A program made the translations under genes and the position numbers. The notes below the pieces were generated by a model that was not told the origin of the DNA, did no database searches, and saw nothing but the letters and a program-made list of their open reading frames with translations. From positions 9,459 to 73,458 of IMG/VR virus record IMGVR_UViG_3300034410_000589: a DNA stretch of 64,000 nucleotides. One strand, given 5' to 3'. Shown here piece by piece: positions 8,566 through 17,491 of this stretch; positions within the stretch are counted from its first letter, which is position 1; every line of letters starts with the position of its first letter. The DNA comes from a virus. Taxonomy: Duplodnaviria > Caudoviricetes.

Positions 8566-10053
8566 TTATCCATAATTTACATAACTGCCTAAAACGTTCC
8601 AAGAACCTCCTGAGCGTATCATAGATAAAGTTATTACATCTGTTTTGTTTGCATTTCCTGACGGAGCAACATTATCTATCCATTTTACTGTTTGAGTTAC
8701 ACCGTCAATTTGTACTACGTTAGGAACATATGGCGTTGTGCCTTGTGTAATTATAAATGCTGTGTTTGTTGCTCTATTGTCTGTAGTAGGTATATTTGTA
8801 ATATTTGCTGTCCAATTTGCTGCTGGAGATGTAATATTAAAAATAGGACCACCTGAATAATTATGGTTAACTGTTCCTGTAACTCCAGTTTCATTTGTAA
8901 TTACTTCATTAGTTTTGAGTACGTTTTCTAATCTAATTCCGTCCGGCGCAATAAAATCTATTGTACTTGCACTAGTAAATGTAGGATTACCAATACCTGT
9001 ATTTTGTATGTTAGCTGCATTAATACTGTCTACTGTTAATGTACCTGTTGCTGTTATATCATCAAAAGTTACATCGTTTGTAGTGTTTAAGTTTTGATCA
9101 TATGACGAGCCGCCTCCGCCCGAACTGTTTATTGTAATTGTATTTGTAGCACCATCAACATCTAATGTTACATTTGCACCTGGTGCAAAGTTTATAGTAT
9201 CGTTATTACCACTTGCTACAAGTGTTGACCCGCCAGTAACGCTAACATTTTTAAATGTATTAACTGATGGTAGTGGCACTGTAGGCTGTACCCATTGACT
9301 ACTATCTTCATCTGTTACGTATACAAATATTTTACCATTAGTACTGTCAAACCAAATAGTACCTTGTGTAGGCTCTGCTGGTGCTGTGTCTGAAACTTCA
9401 ACATTTGCTCCGCCACCGGCGCCGCTACCTGTTCCTGGATCAGATACATTAATTGAATTACCTTGATTTGTATGAAAATGACACCAATAATATAGTGTGT
9501 CTGGCGCACTACTTTTAACAGTAAATAAAACTTTTTTTGTTGTTGCACGTTGGAAATTATCTGTATAGTATCTCATTGATACCGGGTCATCGTCTAGTAA
9601 GTAAACTATTCCAGGATTATAATGAGCACCGCCTTCTATTAGATCGCCATTTGGAGTTGTAGAAAACATCAATGGATGCCATAAATTAGCAAATGAATTG
9701 TTTGTTTCGTCAGACTGATCGAATAGATATGTGTAGCCTCTAACAAACTCTAATACAGGTGTTTCAACACCGTCAATATAAAACACACCAGATGCTTGAC
9801 CGTTTACTGTGTCAACACCTACTGTGACCGTTTTTTCAAGTAGTGCAACTCCGACATCTGCAAGTTGTTGTGATAAGTTTCCAGCTGTTAGTAATGAAAA
9901 CCCGCCAGCTTGTTTACCACTGTATACTCTAAGTGTATTTGCTTGTTTGTCGTAAAATACTTCACCACTAGACCCTACATTACGATCTAAAAAATCGTCA
10001 GGTCTTGGTATAATGCGTATTCTATCTACTACTGGTGCTGAATTTGATGCCAT
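8566..10053 (-). CDS. Virion structural/fibre protein with Mtd/hyaluronidase-like N-terminus and cupredoxin-like domain
   Basis: GEVFYDKQANTLRVYSG N-terminal motif; internal WHPLMFS...YYWCHFHTNQG; P..P.QGTIWFDSTNG fibre motif. Confidence 0.65.
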   Translation of the reverse strand: MASNSAPVVDRIRIIPRPDDFLDRNVGSSGEVFYDKQANTLRVYSGKQAGGFSLLTAGNLSQQLADVGVALLEKTVTVGVDTVNGQASGVFYIDGVETPVLEFVRGYTYLFDQSDETNNSFANLWHPLMFSTTPNGDLIEGGAHYNPGIVYLLDDDPVSMRYYTDNFQRATTKKVLFTVKSSAPDTLYYWCHFHTNQGNSINVSDPGTGSGAGGGANVEVSDTAPAEPTQGTIWFDSTNGKIFVYVTDEDSSQWVQPTVPLPSVNTFKNVSVTGGSTLVASGNNDTINFAPGANVTLDVDGATNTITINSSGGGGSSYDQNLNTTNDVTFDDITATGTLTVDSINAANIQNTGIGNPTFTSASTIDFIAPDGIRLENVLKTNEVITNETGVTGTVNHNYSGGPIFNITSPAANWTANITNIPTTDNRATNTAFIITQGTTPYVPNVVQIDGVTQTVKWIDNVAPSGNANKTDVITLSMIRSGGSWNVLGSYVNYG

Positions 10054-10076
10054 ATTATTATCCTAATCTACAGTAG

Positions 10077-10084
10077 TATTTATC
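10077..10084 (-). promoter_or_regulatory. Late promoter GATAAATA
   Basis: 24 nt upstream of the ATG at 10053, in the intergenic gap. Confidence 0.65.
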
Positions 10085-10090
10085 TGTAGA

Positions 10091-10315
10091 TTAGTATAAG
10101 ACTCGCTTGTAATGTTTCCAAGTATCTAAGAAATACGTAAATGCTTCTTCGTCATTCATAGTTACAAACTGTTTACAATGGCTTATTTTTATTCTAAAGC
10201 CTGCCATGCGTCTATGTTCTACAGAATAATTAAGCCAATGTGCATGTGCATCATTTGCCGTTTTAGTATCTTTATTTGCGTATAAACTAATTTCTACCTT
10301 ATGAAAACTACTCAT
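10091..10315 (-). CDS. Hypothetical protein (74 aa)
   Basis: Fills the gap in a tightly packed minus-strand operon; start overlaps the upstream stop. Confidence 0.55.
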   Translation of the reverse strand: MSSFHKVEISLYANKDTKTANDAHAHWLNYSVEHRRMAGFRIKISHCKQFVTMNDEEAFTYFLDTWKHYKRVLY

Positions 10316-11072
10316 GCCACTTTACTTCCTTTAATGGTTTATAGTCCACAATAAATTTATTGTCTAATATAGTACTTCTTAAACGTAAATTTTTAATATC
10401 TTTATCTTCTACAGATCTTACGTTTGCTTCTATTTTATCTTTTTTAATTAACATGTACATTGCCAACGGTGTGCCTGCAGGAATTTTAACTGTGTCATTT
10501 AATTCGTGCCAATATAGTTGAACATTTAGGAAATTTGGTCCTTCATCTCCGTCAAGGAATCCTGAAGCCGCTGTAAAACTATGATTGTCTGGATATGGTA
10601 TAGGCATACAAAGTAAATTGTATCCTTTTGGAATATAAACCATCCACGGTGATTGTACTTTAATAATCGTATCTAGTGTATTAGATCTATTTGTTTGACC
10701 AAAAATAGATTCTGTATGATGTGAAAGATAGTCCCACTTCCAAATATGATCGGCATCCATAGAGGCTTGCGATACTGGTGATCCCCATTGAAAGCGTTTG
10801 CCGTCACCGTCGGTTTTGATTGTAAAATCACACCAACTACGCAATATCCAACCTTCTCGCATAATTTTATGAATGCCAGGGCAACGTGCAATATGAGTTG
10901 TTTTTACAGGCGTATTTTTACTTTCTGCTTGTACTTTTTTCCAATCGTCAATTGCTGGTTTAACCCAGTCAAACTTAACTTTACTAGCAGGTACAATAGG
11001 CATAATTTGTTGTACCTCAGGGAACAAAGATACAAATTCTATTTTAGGTTTTTTCTTAAACCAATTAAACAC
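10308..11072 (-). CDS. Hypothetical protein, paralogue of 11478-12215
   Basis: Shares KIEF.S...PI.PA...CPGI...G.IL..W.D...PW.V..PKG...G.LD...LN.Q..W...AGTP(I/L)A with 11478-12215. Confidence 0.7.
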   Translation of the reverse strand: MFNWFKKKPKIEFVSLFPEVQQIMPIVPASKVKFDWVKPAIDDWKKVQAESKNTPVKTTHIARCPGIHKIMREGWILRSWCDFTIKTDGDGKRFQWGSPVSQASMDADHIWKWDYLSHHTESIFGQTNRSNTLDTIIKVQSPWMVYIPKGYNLLCMPIPYPDNHSFTAASGFLDGDEGPNFLNVQLYWHELNDTVKIPAGTPLAMYMLIKKDKIEANVRSVEDKDIKNLRLRSTILDNKFIVDYKPLKEVKWHE

Positions 11073-11475
11073 GAACTTTGCCTTTATAAACTTTATCTAT
11101 TTGATTCATCATAGAGTTAGTTACAGTCCAACAGATTACATCGTCTATATGCACTACGTGAACTTTGCCGTCTGGCTGTGAATAAAATACAATGTGTTGA
11201 ATTTGTTCTTCATCTTCCCCAAGAACATTTTCTATAGTAATTGGTGGTTCAGGTAACGGACTTACCCCACTACCGTCTTTACTAGCAACTACTTGTGTTT
11301 GTTCTGCACCTTTAAAAGTAATTATGATATCCTTTTGACTAAGGCATGCGTTAAACCAACCTACATGTTTAATTCTATCTTTTTGTACTTTTCTGTGAGT
11401 ATACTGATCTTTTGCTTCTCTTAGCTCTTGTTTATACGTAACAAATTCGTTTGTATGATGTTCTATAAGTGGCAT
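11065..11475 (-). CDS. Hypothetical protein (136 aa)
   Basis: Packed ORF with overlapping start/stop junctions; no motif recognised. Confidence 0.6.
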   Translation of the reverse strand: MPLIEHHTNEFVTYKQELREAKDQYTHRKVQKDRIKHVGWFNACLSQKDIIITFKGAEQTQVVASKDGSGVSPLPEPPITIENVLGEDEEQIQHIVFYSQPDGKVHVVHIDDVICWTVTNSMMNQIDKVYKGKVRV

Positions 11476-11477
11476 TG

Positions 11478-12215
11478 TTATCTCCCAAAATGCTTTTTAT
11501 ACATGCTCTTTATTAGAGCTTTATTATGTTTAAAAGAGTGTGTACCCCAAAAAAGTTTCTTTCTAAAAAACTTCCAATCTTCTTCAGTCATATCTCTTAT
11601 TATATGATCATATTTTTCTTCTGTCAATGGAATAATATGTGCAATCGGAGTTCCTGCTGTAAGTTTACGTTCTCCGTTTGGTATATTCCAGTAACCTTGT
11701 ATATTCAATTCTGTATTGATTGAAGGATCTAATACACCTATACTAGACTCAAACTCATAACTATCGCTGTATGCTATAGGAGTGATTAAAAACTTTACGC
11801 CTTTTGGTGCAACTACATGCCAAGGTGTATTAAACTTTACTATTGCTTCTATACTGTGTGGTCTTTTTGGCAACCATCTTGATATGTCTGGTGGTTGACT
11901 AGCAACCGGATCACCTTCTAATAATTTTGAAAGTGTTTCGCTAGGATTAATATATTGAAATCCTTGTTGTCCTGCTTGTGTTTTTATAATTACATCATGC
12001 CATAAGGGTAATATAAATCCGTAATTATACAAATCAAATATACCAGGACATTGATATAAGTGGCTAGGTAAATTTCTATCTTTATTATCTACATAATGTT
12101 GTTTACATCGAGACATCCATTTAGGACGAAAATCTTTAGCAGGAATAATAGGAAAGGCTTCAGACACACCTGCTATTTTACTAAAAAATTCTATTTTATC
12201 TTTCTTTTTAAACAT
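11478..12215 (-). CDS. Hypothetical protein, paralogue of 10308-11072
   Basis: See shared motif string; adjacent to the 2OG-Fe(II) oxygenase. Confidence 0.7.
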   Translation of the reverse strand: MFKKKDKIEFFSKIAGVSEAFPIIPAKDFRPKWMSRCKQHYVDNKDRNLPSHLYQCPGIFDLYNYGFILPLWHDVIIKTQAGQQGFQYINPSETLSKLLEGDPVASQPPDISRWLPKRPHSIEAIVKFNTPWHVVAPKGVKFLITPIAYSDSYEFESSIGVLDPSINTELNIQGYWNIPNGERKLTAGTPIAHIIPLTEEKYDHIIRDMTEEDWKFFRKKLFWGTHSFKHNKALIKSMYKKHFGR

Positions 12216-12802
12216 TAACGTACCTGTAGTGTAAATGCAATATTCATTCTGTCTCTATCTGATTGGTTTACTTCTACTTCATGTGGAACCCAAGCGGGCC
12301 ATAGTATTAGTTCTCCGTCGTGGGGGTGAACTAAAACTTCACGCACAAACGGACTAATTGTATTACAATCATTTAAAACATTTGCTGGATTTATAAATTT
12401 TAACGGTCCTGTTTTTGTACCTTGTATATAATATACAGCGGCAAAACTATCTGCTACATGATTGTGCAAAACATTTTTACTTGCAGGCTTGTTAATATTT
12501 GACCAGTAATCTAAACTAATATGTCTTTTAACTATATGTCTTTTAAATGTACTATCTAAACTACTATAATAGTCTATTGCTTCTTCTGCAAGCTCTTTAA
12601 CGCCGTCTAACAACCAATCAATGTTTTCATACTTAACAGTACTACGCCAGCAACGGTCATTACTGTTTAAAATTTCGTCAACATTGTTTTGTTGTGCTTC
12701 TAACATTTGTTCTTTTAACTTAGTAATCTGATTTTCATTGCCTACTTTACTAACAAAAAAATCTGATCTAAATAAATTTACTCTTGCCATTCGTTGTACC
12801 AT
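12215..12802 (-). CDS. 2OG-Fe(II) oxygenase (TIGR02466-like)
   Basis: LHNHVAD...AVYY...LILWPAWVPHEV...S..DRMNIAF: facial-triad residues and C-terminal Arg. Confidence 0.85.
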   Translation of the reverse strand: MVQRMARVNLFRSDFFVSKVGNENQITKLKEQMLEAQQNNVDEILNSNDRCWRSTVKYENIDWLLDGVKELAEEAIDYYSSLDSTFKRHIVKRHISLDYWSNINKPASKNVLHNHVADSFAAVYYIQGTKTGPLKFINPANVLNDCNTISPFVREVLVHPHDGELILWPAWVPHEVEVNQSDRDRMNIAFTLQVR

Positions 12803-14286
12803 TTATCTAAAAATTTATAGTGATTACCAAATAACTCTTTAGCACTATCAACTCTCACATCTTGTACTTTCATAAAATGTTCAACATATTTTTTTTGTTG
12901 TTCTGATAGCTCACATTTTTCATTTGGATATGCGCCGCCTGCATGTAACATTGACCACCATTGAATACTACTAAACATACTACCAGGCGTAAAGAATATA
13001 AAGTCTTGCAATTTAGGATAATACTGACTCATCATCATTCTAGCATCTGCCGGAAGTTCGTCTAATGTCTTTGATCTTATTTCTTGCCAATATGGTGTAT
13101 CATTTCTACTACTAAAATAATAGTGTGCATATATGAATGTTAGTATTTCTATACTCATTTCATAAAAGCCTCTATTAATCATTGACTTTGGTCCATCGTC
13201 CCATACGTTACCTGTGCGATTCATTAAGTCCGAGAAAGATGTAACTAATGCTGTAGTAAATGTAATACCTGTTGCTTCTAACGGTTCTATAAATCCAGCT
13301 GAAAGGCCCACAGCAAGAACATTTTTTACAGCAACATTTTCATGCGAGCCTATACGCATTTTTAAATGATTTGCCGGAGCATCGTATTCGCCAATTGCTT
13401 CACGTAGTTCTGCTTCAGCTTCTTCGGGAGTAATATGTTTAGAACTATAAACGTATCCGTTACCAACACGATGATATGTAGGAATAGTCCATCTCCATCC
13501 AGCATTCATAGTAGTTGCTTTAGTATAAGGAAAACATTCTTCTTCCGGATTAGTATACTGTTTTGGCATAGCAACAGCACTATCGTTAAGTAGCCATTTG
13601 TTGTAACTTACATACGGTTCTTTTAAAGTTTTACCTAACAACAAAGATTGAAATCCACTACAGTCTATATACAAGTCTCCAGTATACTCTTTGCCAGTTT
13701 CGTCTATAAGTTTAGTTATACCGGTTGCATCATTGCCAACTTGCGTAATCTTAGTATCAACGTAATCAATTCTATCTAATATTAATTTTTTAATTGTATC
13801 AATAATATCATATGCACTAAAATGTACAGCACCATAACTATCTAATCCTACATTAAAATTAATATCAGTTTCACCATCAATTTTTGTAGCGGTGTTATTC
13901 TTTGCTAATCTGTATGCAGGATGCCACTTCTTAAATTCACTATACGGCTTATCAATAAAATATTTACTTACAGGAAGATGAGGTGCTGGTAAAACATTGT
14001 CAACTACATCATTGTCAACAAAATAAGATTCGTCATTCCAACCTGTTAATTCTACACCATATTTAAACGATGCATTACTAGGCTTCATCCAGTCTTTGGC
14101 ACTAATACCACACTTGTACAAGAACGATGCCGTAAGAGGTTGTGTACCTTCTCCAACACCAATTGGTCCTTTTGAAGCATCTTCAATTAGTTGTATTTCA
14201 ACAGGGTCTACTAAATTATTAGTTAAGTAAGCAGCTGTAAGCCACCCGCTTGTGCCGCCTCCAAATATAACTATCTTTCTTACCAT
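12778..14286 (-). CDS. Flavin-dependent (tryptophan halogenase, PrnA-like) halogenase
   Basis: FAD motif GGGTSG, IGVGEGT, catalytic-Lys region SFKYGV, halogenase signature WRWTIP, and FIEPLEATG. Confidence 0.88.
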   Translation of the reverse strand: MVRKIVIFGGGTSGWLTAAYLTNNLVDPVEIQLIEDASKGPIGVGEGTQPLTASFLYKCGISAKDWMKPSNASFKYGVELTGWNDESYFVDNDVVDNVLPAPHLPVSKYFIDKPYSEFKKWHPAYRLAKNNTATKIDGETDINFNVGLDSYGAVHFSAYDIIDTIKKLILDRIDYVDTKITQVGNDATGITKLIDETGKEYTGDLYIDCSGFQSLLLGKTLKEPYVSYNKWLLNDSAVAMPKQYTNPEEECFPYTKATTMNAGWRWTIPTYHRVGNGYVYSSKHITPEEAEAELREAIGEYDAPANHLKMRIGSHENVAVKNVLAVGLSAGFIEPLEATGITFTTALVTSFSDLMNRTGNVWDDGPKSMINRGFYEMSIEILTFIYAHYYFSSRNDTPYWQEIRSKTLDELPADARMMMSQYYPKLQDFIFFTPGSMFSSIQWWSMLHAGGAYPNEKCELSEQQKKYVEHFMKVQDVRVDSAKELFGNHYKFLDKWYNEWQE

Positions 14287-15995
14287 TCTACTTCCTCTAT
14301 TATTGATATTAATTCTTCTTCTGGTTTAGCAAGTACAACAACATACAAACCATTCCACCAACTTTCTAAATCTTCTACGTCACACAATAGCATCTTTTCA
14401 TATGCAACTTCAAAGCCTGCTTTGTTAATACCGATTCTTGCACCTTCAACTACACCTTGCCAATTTGCATCATCAAAGATTAACACAGCCTCTTTAGCAA
14501 ACACATTTTTATAATGTAGTACAGCCTGTTCAGTACTTGTTGCATCGTGTGGTCCGTCATAAAACCACATGTCTATCTTACCATTGTATTGTGACACATC
14601 TGCTTCAAATAGATCTTTATCAATTACTTCTACAGTATTTTTTTGTTTGTAGTTGTCTAGATTCTTTAAGAAATTTTCTTTTTCGTTGTGCGGCAATTTT
14701 GGCGCATTAGGGTCAGCAGGTTGTATATCACTTTGCCAATCGTCAATTGCTATAGCAGTTAAGTTATTATCTTTAATTGCTCCGCAGAATGTTGCACCCT
14801 GTGCTACTCCTACTTCCATATAGTGTGTAGAACCACTTGCAATATGATTTAGTACTGTTTGTACCCTAGGACTTGTAAGTCCAGGTATACGTGTGTTTAC
14901 AGTTGGCACACCACTTATTAATATGCTTTCTGCTACATGTTTAACTTTGTCTGTATGTTCAATTTTAGATTTAACTTTGTAAATATCGTCACAAAAATGA
15001 CATTCCCAACAATCAAATTTACAATTTTTAATTTTCTTACGCCAAGCATCAATTGGCCTATCTTTAAGATTTGTACTTTCTAAATATTTTTCAAAGTTAT
15101 CATATAGTAACGGTTCACCTGATGCCCAACGTTTTACAATGTTCATTGTTTCGTACAATCTACTTACAGCTTCACGACCGTGCATTTTAAAAACATCAAT
15201 ACCTAGTTCATCTAAGTATTCTTCCCAATCTTCTCTCCAAGGAGTTATATTAGCAGTCTTTAAATGTATACTTGGATCATCAACATCCCACTTAGGACAA
15301 CTTACTCTACTAATAGGATTATTAAAATATTGAGGTTCTAGACCTGCTCTAGTATTATTGTACTCAAAGTGTTCAACCATCATTGGACAGTTGCCTTTAC
15401 ATCCTTCGTTTGCTAACAAACTATAGTGTATATCTTTGCCATAATTTTCTTTAATCCAAATCTTTGCTTCAAGTAATCTTTTTAACGTGTCTCTATCACG
15501 CATAAGATCCCTGTCAAGATTTATATAATTAAATCCGTACTTTGCTAAACTTACAATTTCTGATGCTACTCTAACATCTCGTAGTATAGTATTTTTTACG
15601 TATAATTCAGGAAATGCTTTTTGTATTTGTCCTGTTGCCATCCAATGTGTATGCGGAATAGTTGCAATACGCACACCAGCATCATATAATGGTTTAAAGT
15701 TTTTAATAAATGTATCTAAGTTTTTTTGACTAGGCGGTACTTGTATATTATTAAATGTAGCACTTACTGGCACACCTGTTTGCTGTTGTACAAACAATGC
15801 TTGATCAATTGCTAATTTATAGTCATCGTTTTGTACAAAGATATCGCCCATTGCGTCTTGGTCAAACGGCGGGATACGACTAGTAAAATATACATCTTTA
15901 ATGTGATCTTTGTACTCTCTAATAAAATTAACAAACTCTACATATTGTTCGTTTGATAGTTTAGGATTAAGAGGAATACTAAAAATTTTTCTCAT
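14280..15995 (-). CDS. Fusion: U32-family (collagenase-like/Fe-S hydroxylase) domain plus class I SAM-dependent methyltransferase domain
   Basis: N-part: NEGCKGNCP, SCPKW, KMHGRE (cf. U32 KIEGR), CKFDCWECHFC. C-part: YMEVGVAQGATF, FYDGPH, LIFDDANW (Methyltransf_24-type motifs). Confidence 0.65.
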   Translation of the reverse strand: MRKIFSIPLNPKLSNEQYVEFVNFIREYKDHIKDVYFTSRIPPFDQDAMGDIFVQNDDYKLAIDQALFVQQQTGVPVSATFNNIQVPPSQKNLDTFIKNFKPLYDAGVRIATIPHTHWMATGQIQKAFPELYVKNTILRDVRVASEIVSLAKYGFNYINLDRDLMRDRDTLKRLLEAKIWIKENYGKDIHYSLLANEGCKGNCPMMVEHFEYNNTRAGLEPQYFNNPISRVSCPKWDVDDPSIHLKTANITPWREDWEEYLDELGIDVFKMHGREAVSRLYETMNIVKRWASGEPLLYDNFEKYLESTNLKDRPIDAWRKKIKNCKFDCWECHFCDDIYKVKSKIEHTDKVKHVAESILISGVPTVNTRIPGLTSPRVQTVLNHIASGSTHYMEVGVAQGATFCGAIKDNNLTAIAIDDWQSDIQPADPNAPKLPHNEKENFLKNLDNYKQKNTVEVIDKDLFEADVSQYNGKIDMWFYDGPHDATSTEQAVLHYKNVFAKEAVLIFDDANWQGVVEGARIGINKAGFEVAYEKMLLCDVEDLESWWNGLYVVVLAKPEEELISIIEEVEW

Positions 15996-16009
15996 TTATT
16001 CTCTTCCAT

Positions 16010-16051
16010 AAAAAAAGGCACTATACTGTATACTTAGTATAGCACCTTTTT
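16010..16051 (-). terminator. Imperfect inverted repeat flanked by A/T tracts, probable (bidirectional) intrinsic terminator
   Basis: AAAAAGG-CA-CTATACT / AGTATAG-CA-CCTTTTT in the gap between 15995 and 16069. Confidence 0.5.
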
Positions 16052-16068
16052 GTTAAAAAGTAAAGTGA

Positions 16069-16605
16069 TTAATTTGGATAAGTTGTGTGAGTGAACTTCG
16101 TTGTTTCAAACTGTGGTTCTTTTTCTTTACCTGCTGTAAACGCACACTCCCATTCAAAATATGTAGACATATACGTTTGAGTTTCTTCTAATCTTGATAA
16201 TCCTGGAACTTGAGCTTTGATTTGTACTAAGCCTCCATCCTGATCAAAATTATTTTCTGCCCAATTAAGCATTTGTGCTTTAAGTAATGCTACAGTGTTT
16301 GCTTCGTCAATTGAAGTTAATCTATATGCAACCTTTTCGTAATCATTATCACCAAAACTAGTTGGTTCAATAATATCTGCAGGGTTAGTTGTACTACGCA
16401 TAATACCAACTTCTCCATTTAGAGCATTAGTAAACATACGTGCATGAAACATATCTTCAGTAATAGTCGTAGGATTTAGCCAATCAATTTGAGGGGTGCC
16501 TGTAACTCTAGCAAAACTAAAGTGCCAATCACTTCCTATAATTTCAATTTCAGGAACTAGTCTAGGATCATTACCTGGAACTGTTTCAAACATTATATAT
16601 GTCAT
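16069..16605 (-). CDS. Hypothetical protein (178 aa)
   Basis: Coupled to the upstream gene by overlap; no motif recognised. Confidence 0.65.
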   Translation of the reverse strand: MTYIMFETVPGNDPRLVPEIEIIGSDWHFSFARVTGTPQIDWLNPTTITEDMFHARMFTNALNGEVGIMRSTTNPADIIEPTSFGDNDYEKVAYRLTSIDEANTVALLKAQMLNWAENNFDQDGGLVQIKAQVPGLSRLEETQTYMSTYFEWECAFTAGKEKEPQFETTKFTHTTYPN

Positions 16606-17452
16606 TTATTGTCTCCTCAGAGCCTCCGTTTGTTGGTTTTGGATTTTCTATCTTACTGTATTTATCTGTTGGTGCAAGCAAATCTTTGTTGTCAACTTTA
16701 CCTTGTAATTTTAAGTTTTCTTCTGCAGCATTTTGTAATTGCAAGTTATAACTTTGTAATTGTGTACTATAGTTCATAGTTAATGCTAAAATGTCTGCTT
16801 GCTGTTCTGGGCCTACACTTAAAATAGCATCCATATTACCTGTACCAATACGTCCATAGAAAATCATATCAGTTGCTGCTTGTTTAGCAAGCCTATTTGT
16901 CCAATATTGTGCTTCGTAAATATCTTCTTCGTCAGAATTAAGAATGTCCATATATGTACGTCCACTCCCATCTGGTAACATTGCTTCTTCACTTGTTAAA
17001 AACTCTTCTAAAAGATCTAATAAGTGTTGTCTTTCTAAATACCAATCTTGCAATCTACGCTTTGACATAATATGATTACGCTCTGCATTCCATGCTTCAA
17101 CACTTGCAAGTTCTCTATCTAATTCGTCATGTGCTTCTTCAGCCATACGCTTAAAACGTCTAACTTCTACATCATACTTTGCAATTTCGTATTCAATGTT
17201 TTCAATTGATTCTTCTTTAGATTTAATTTCTAATAGGTACTGCCTTAATTTACTGTATGGTGTAATTTGAGCCTGACCTACAAACCATCTTAATTTGTAC
17301 TTAGGGTTAGTCCATTCTTTGTTAATTGCATAACTAATCGCACCCTTTTCACGTTCGTTAAGCATTGAAGTATCTGTGTTAACAGAACTTTCATATCTGT
17401 GATCAGACATGTACTGCTTTCTACGATCGATATTTTGTACATCATTTGTCAT
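16586..17452 (-). CDS. Hypothetical coiled-coil protein (288 aa)
   Basis: Long E/K/R-rich helical run (EIKSKEESIENIEYEIAK...); own promoter and AAGGAG SD. Confidence 0.7.
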   Translation of the reverse strand: MTNDVQNIDRRKQYMSDHRYESSVNTDTSMLNEREKGAISYAINKEWTNPKYKLRWFVGQAQITPYSKLRQYLLEIKSKEESIENIEYEIAKYDVEVRRFKRMAEEAHDELDRELASVEAWNAERNHIMSKRRLQDWYLERQHLLDLLEEFLTSEEAMLPDGSGRTYMDILNSDEEDIYEAQYWTNRLAKQAATDMIFYGRIGTGNMDAILSVGPEQQADILALTMNYSTQLQSYNLQLQNAAEENLKLQGKVDNKDLLAPTDKYSKIENPKPTNGGSEETINDIYNV

Positions 17453-17480
17453 ATTAAACTCCTTGATAATAATATATGAA

Positions 17481-17488
17481 TATTTACC
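17481..17488 (-). promoter_or_regulatory. Late-promoter-like GGTAAATA
   Basis: Intergenic, upstream of the AAGGAG SD and ATG at 17452. Confidence 0.45.
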
Positions 17489-17491
17489 AAG

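Noticed and set aside
12215-15995. Calling the enzyme island a secondary-metabolite biosynthetic cluster or assigning a cyanobacterial host
   Set aside because: No NRPS/PKS/RiPP scaffold gene and no photosynthesis or other host-diagnostic genes in the window; these enzyme families occur in phages of several hosts.
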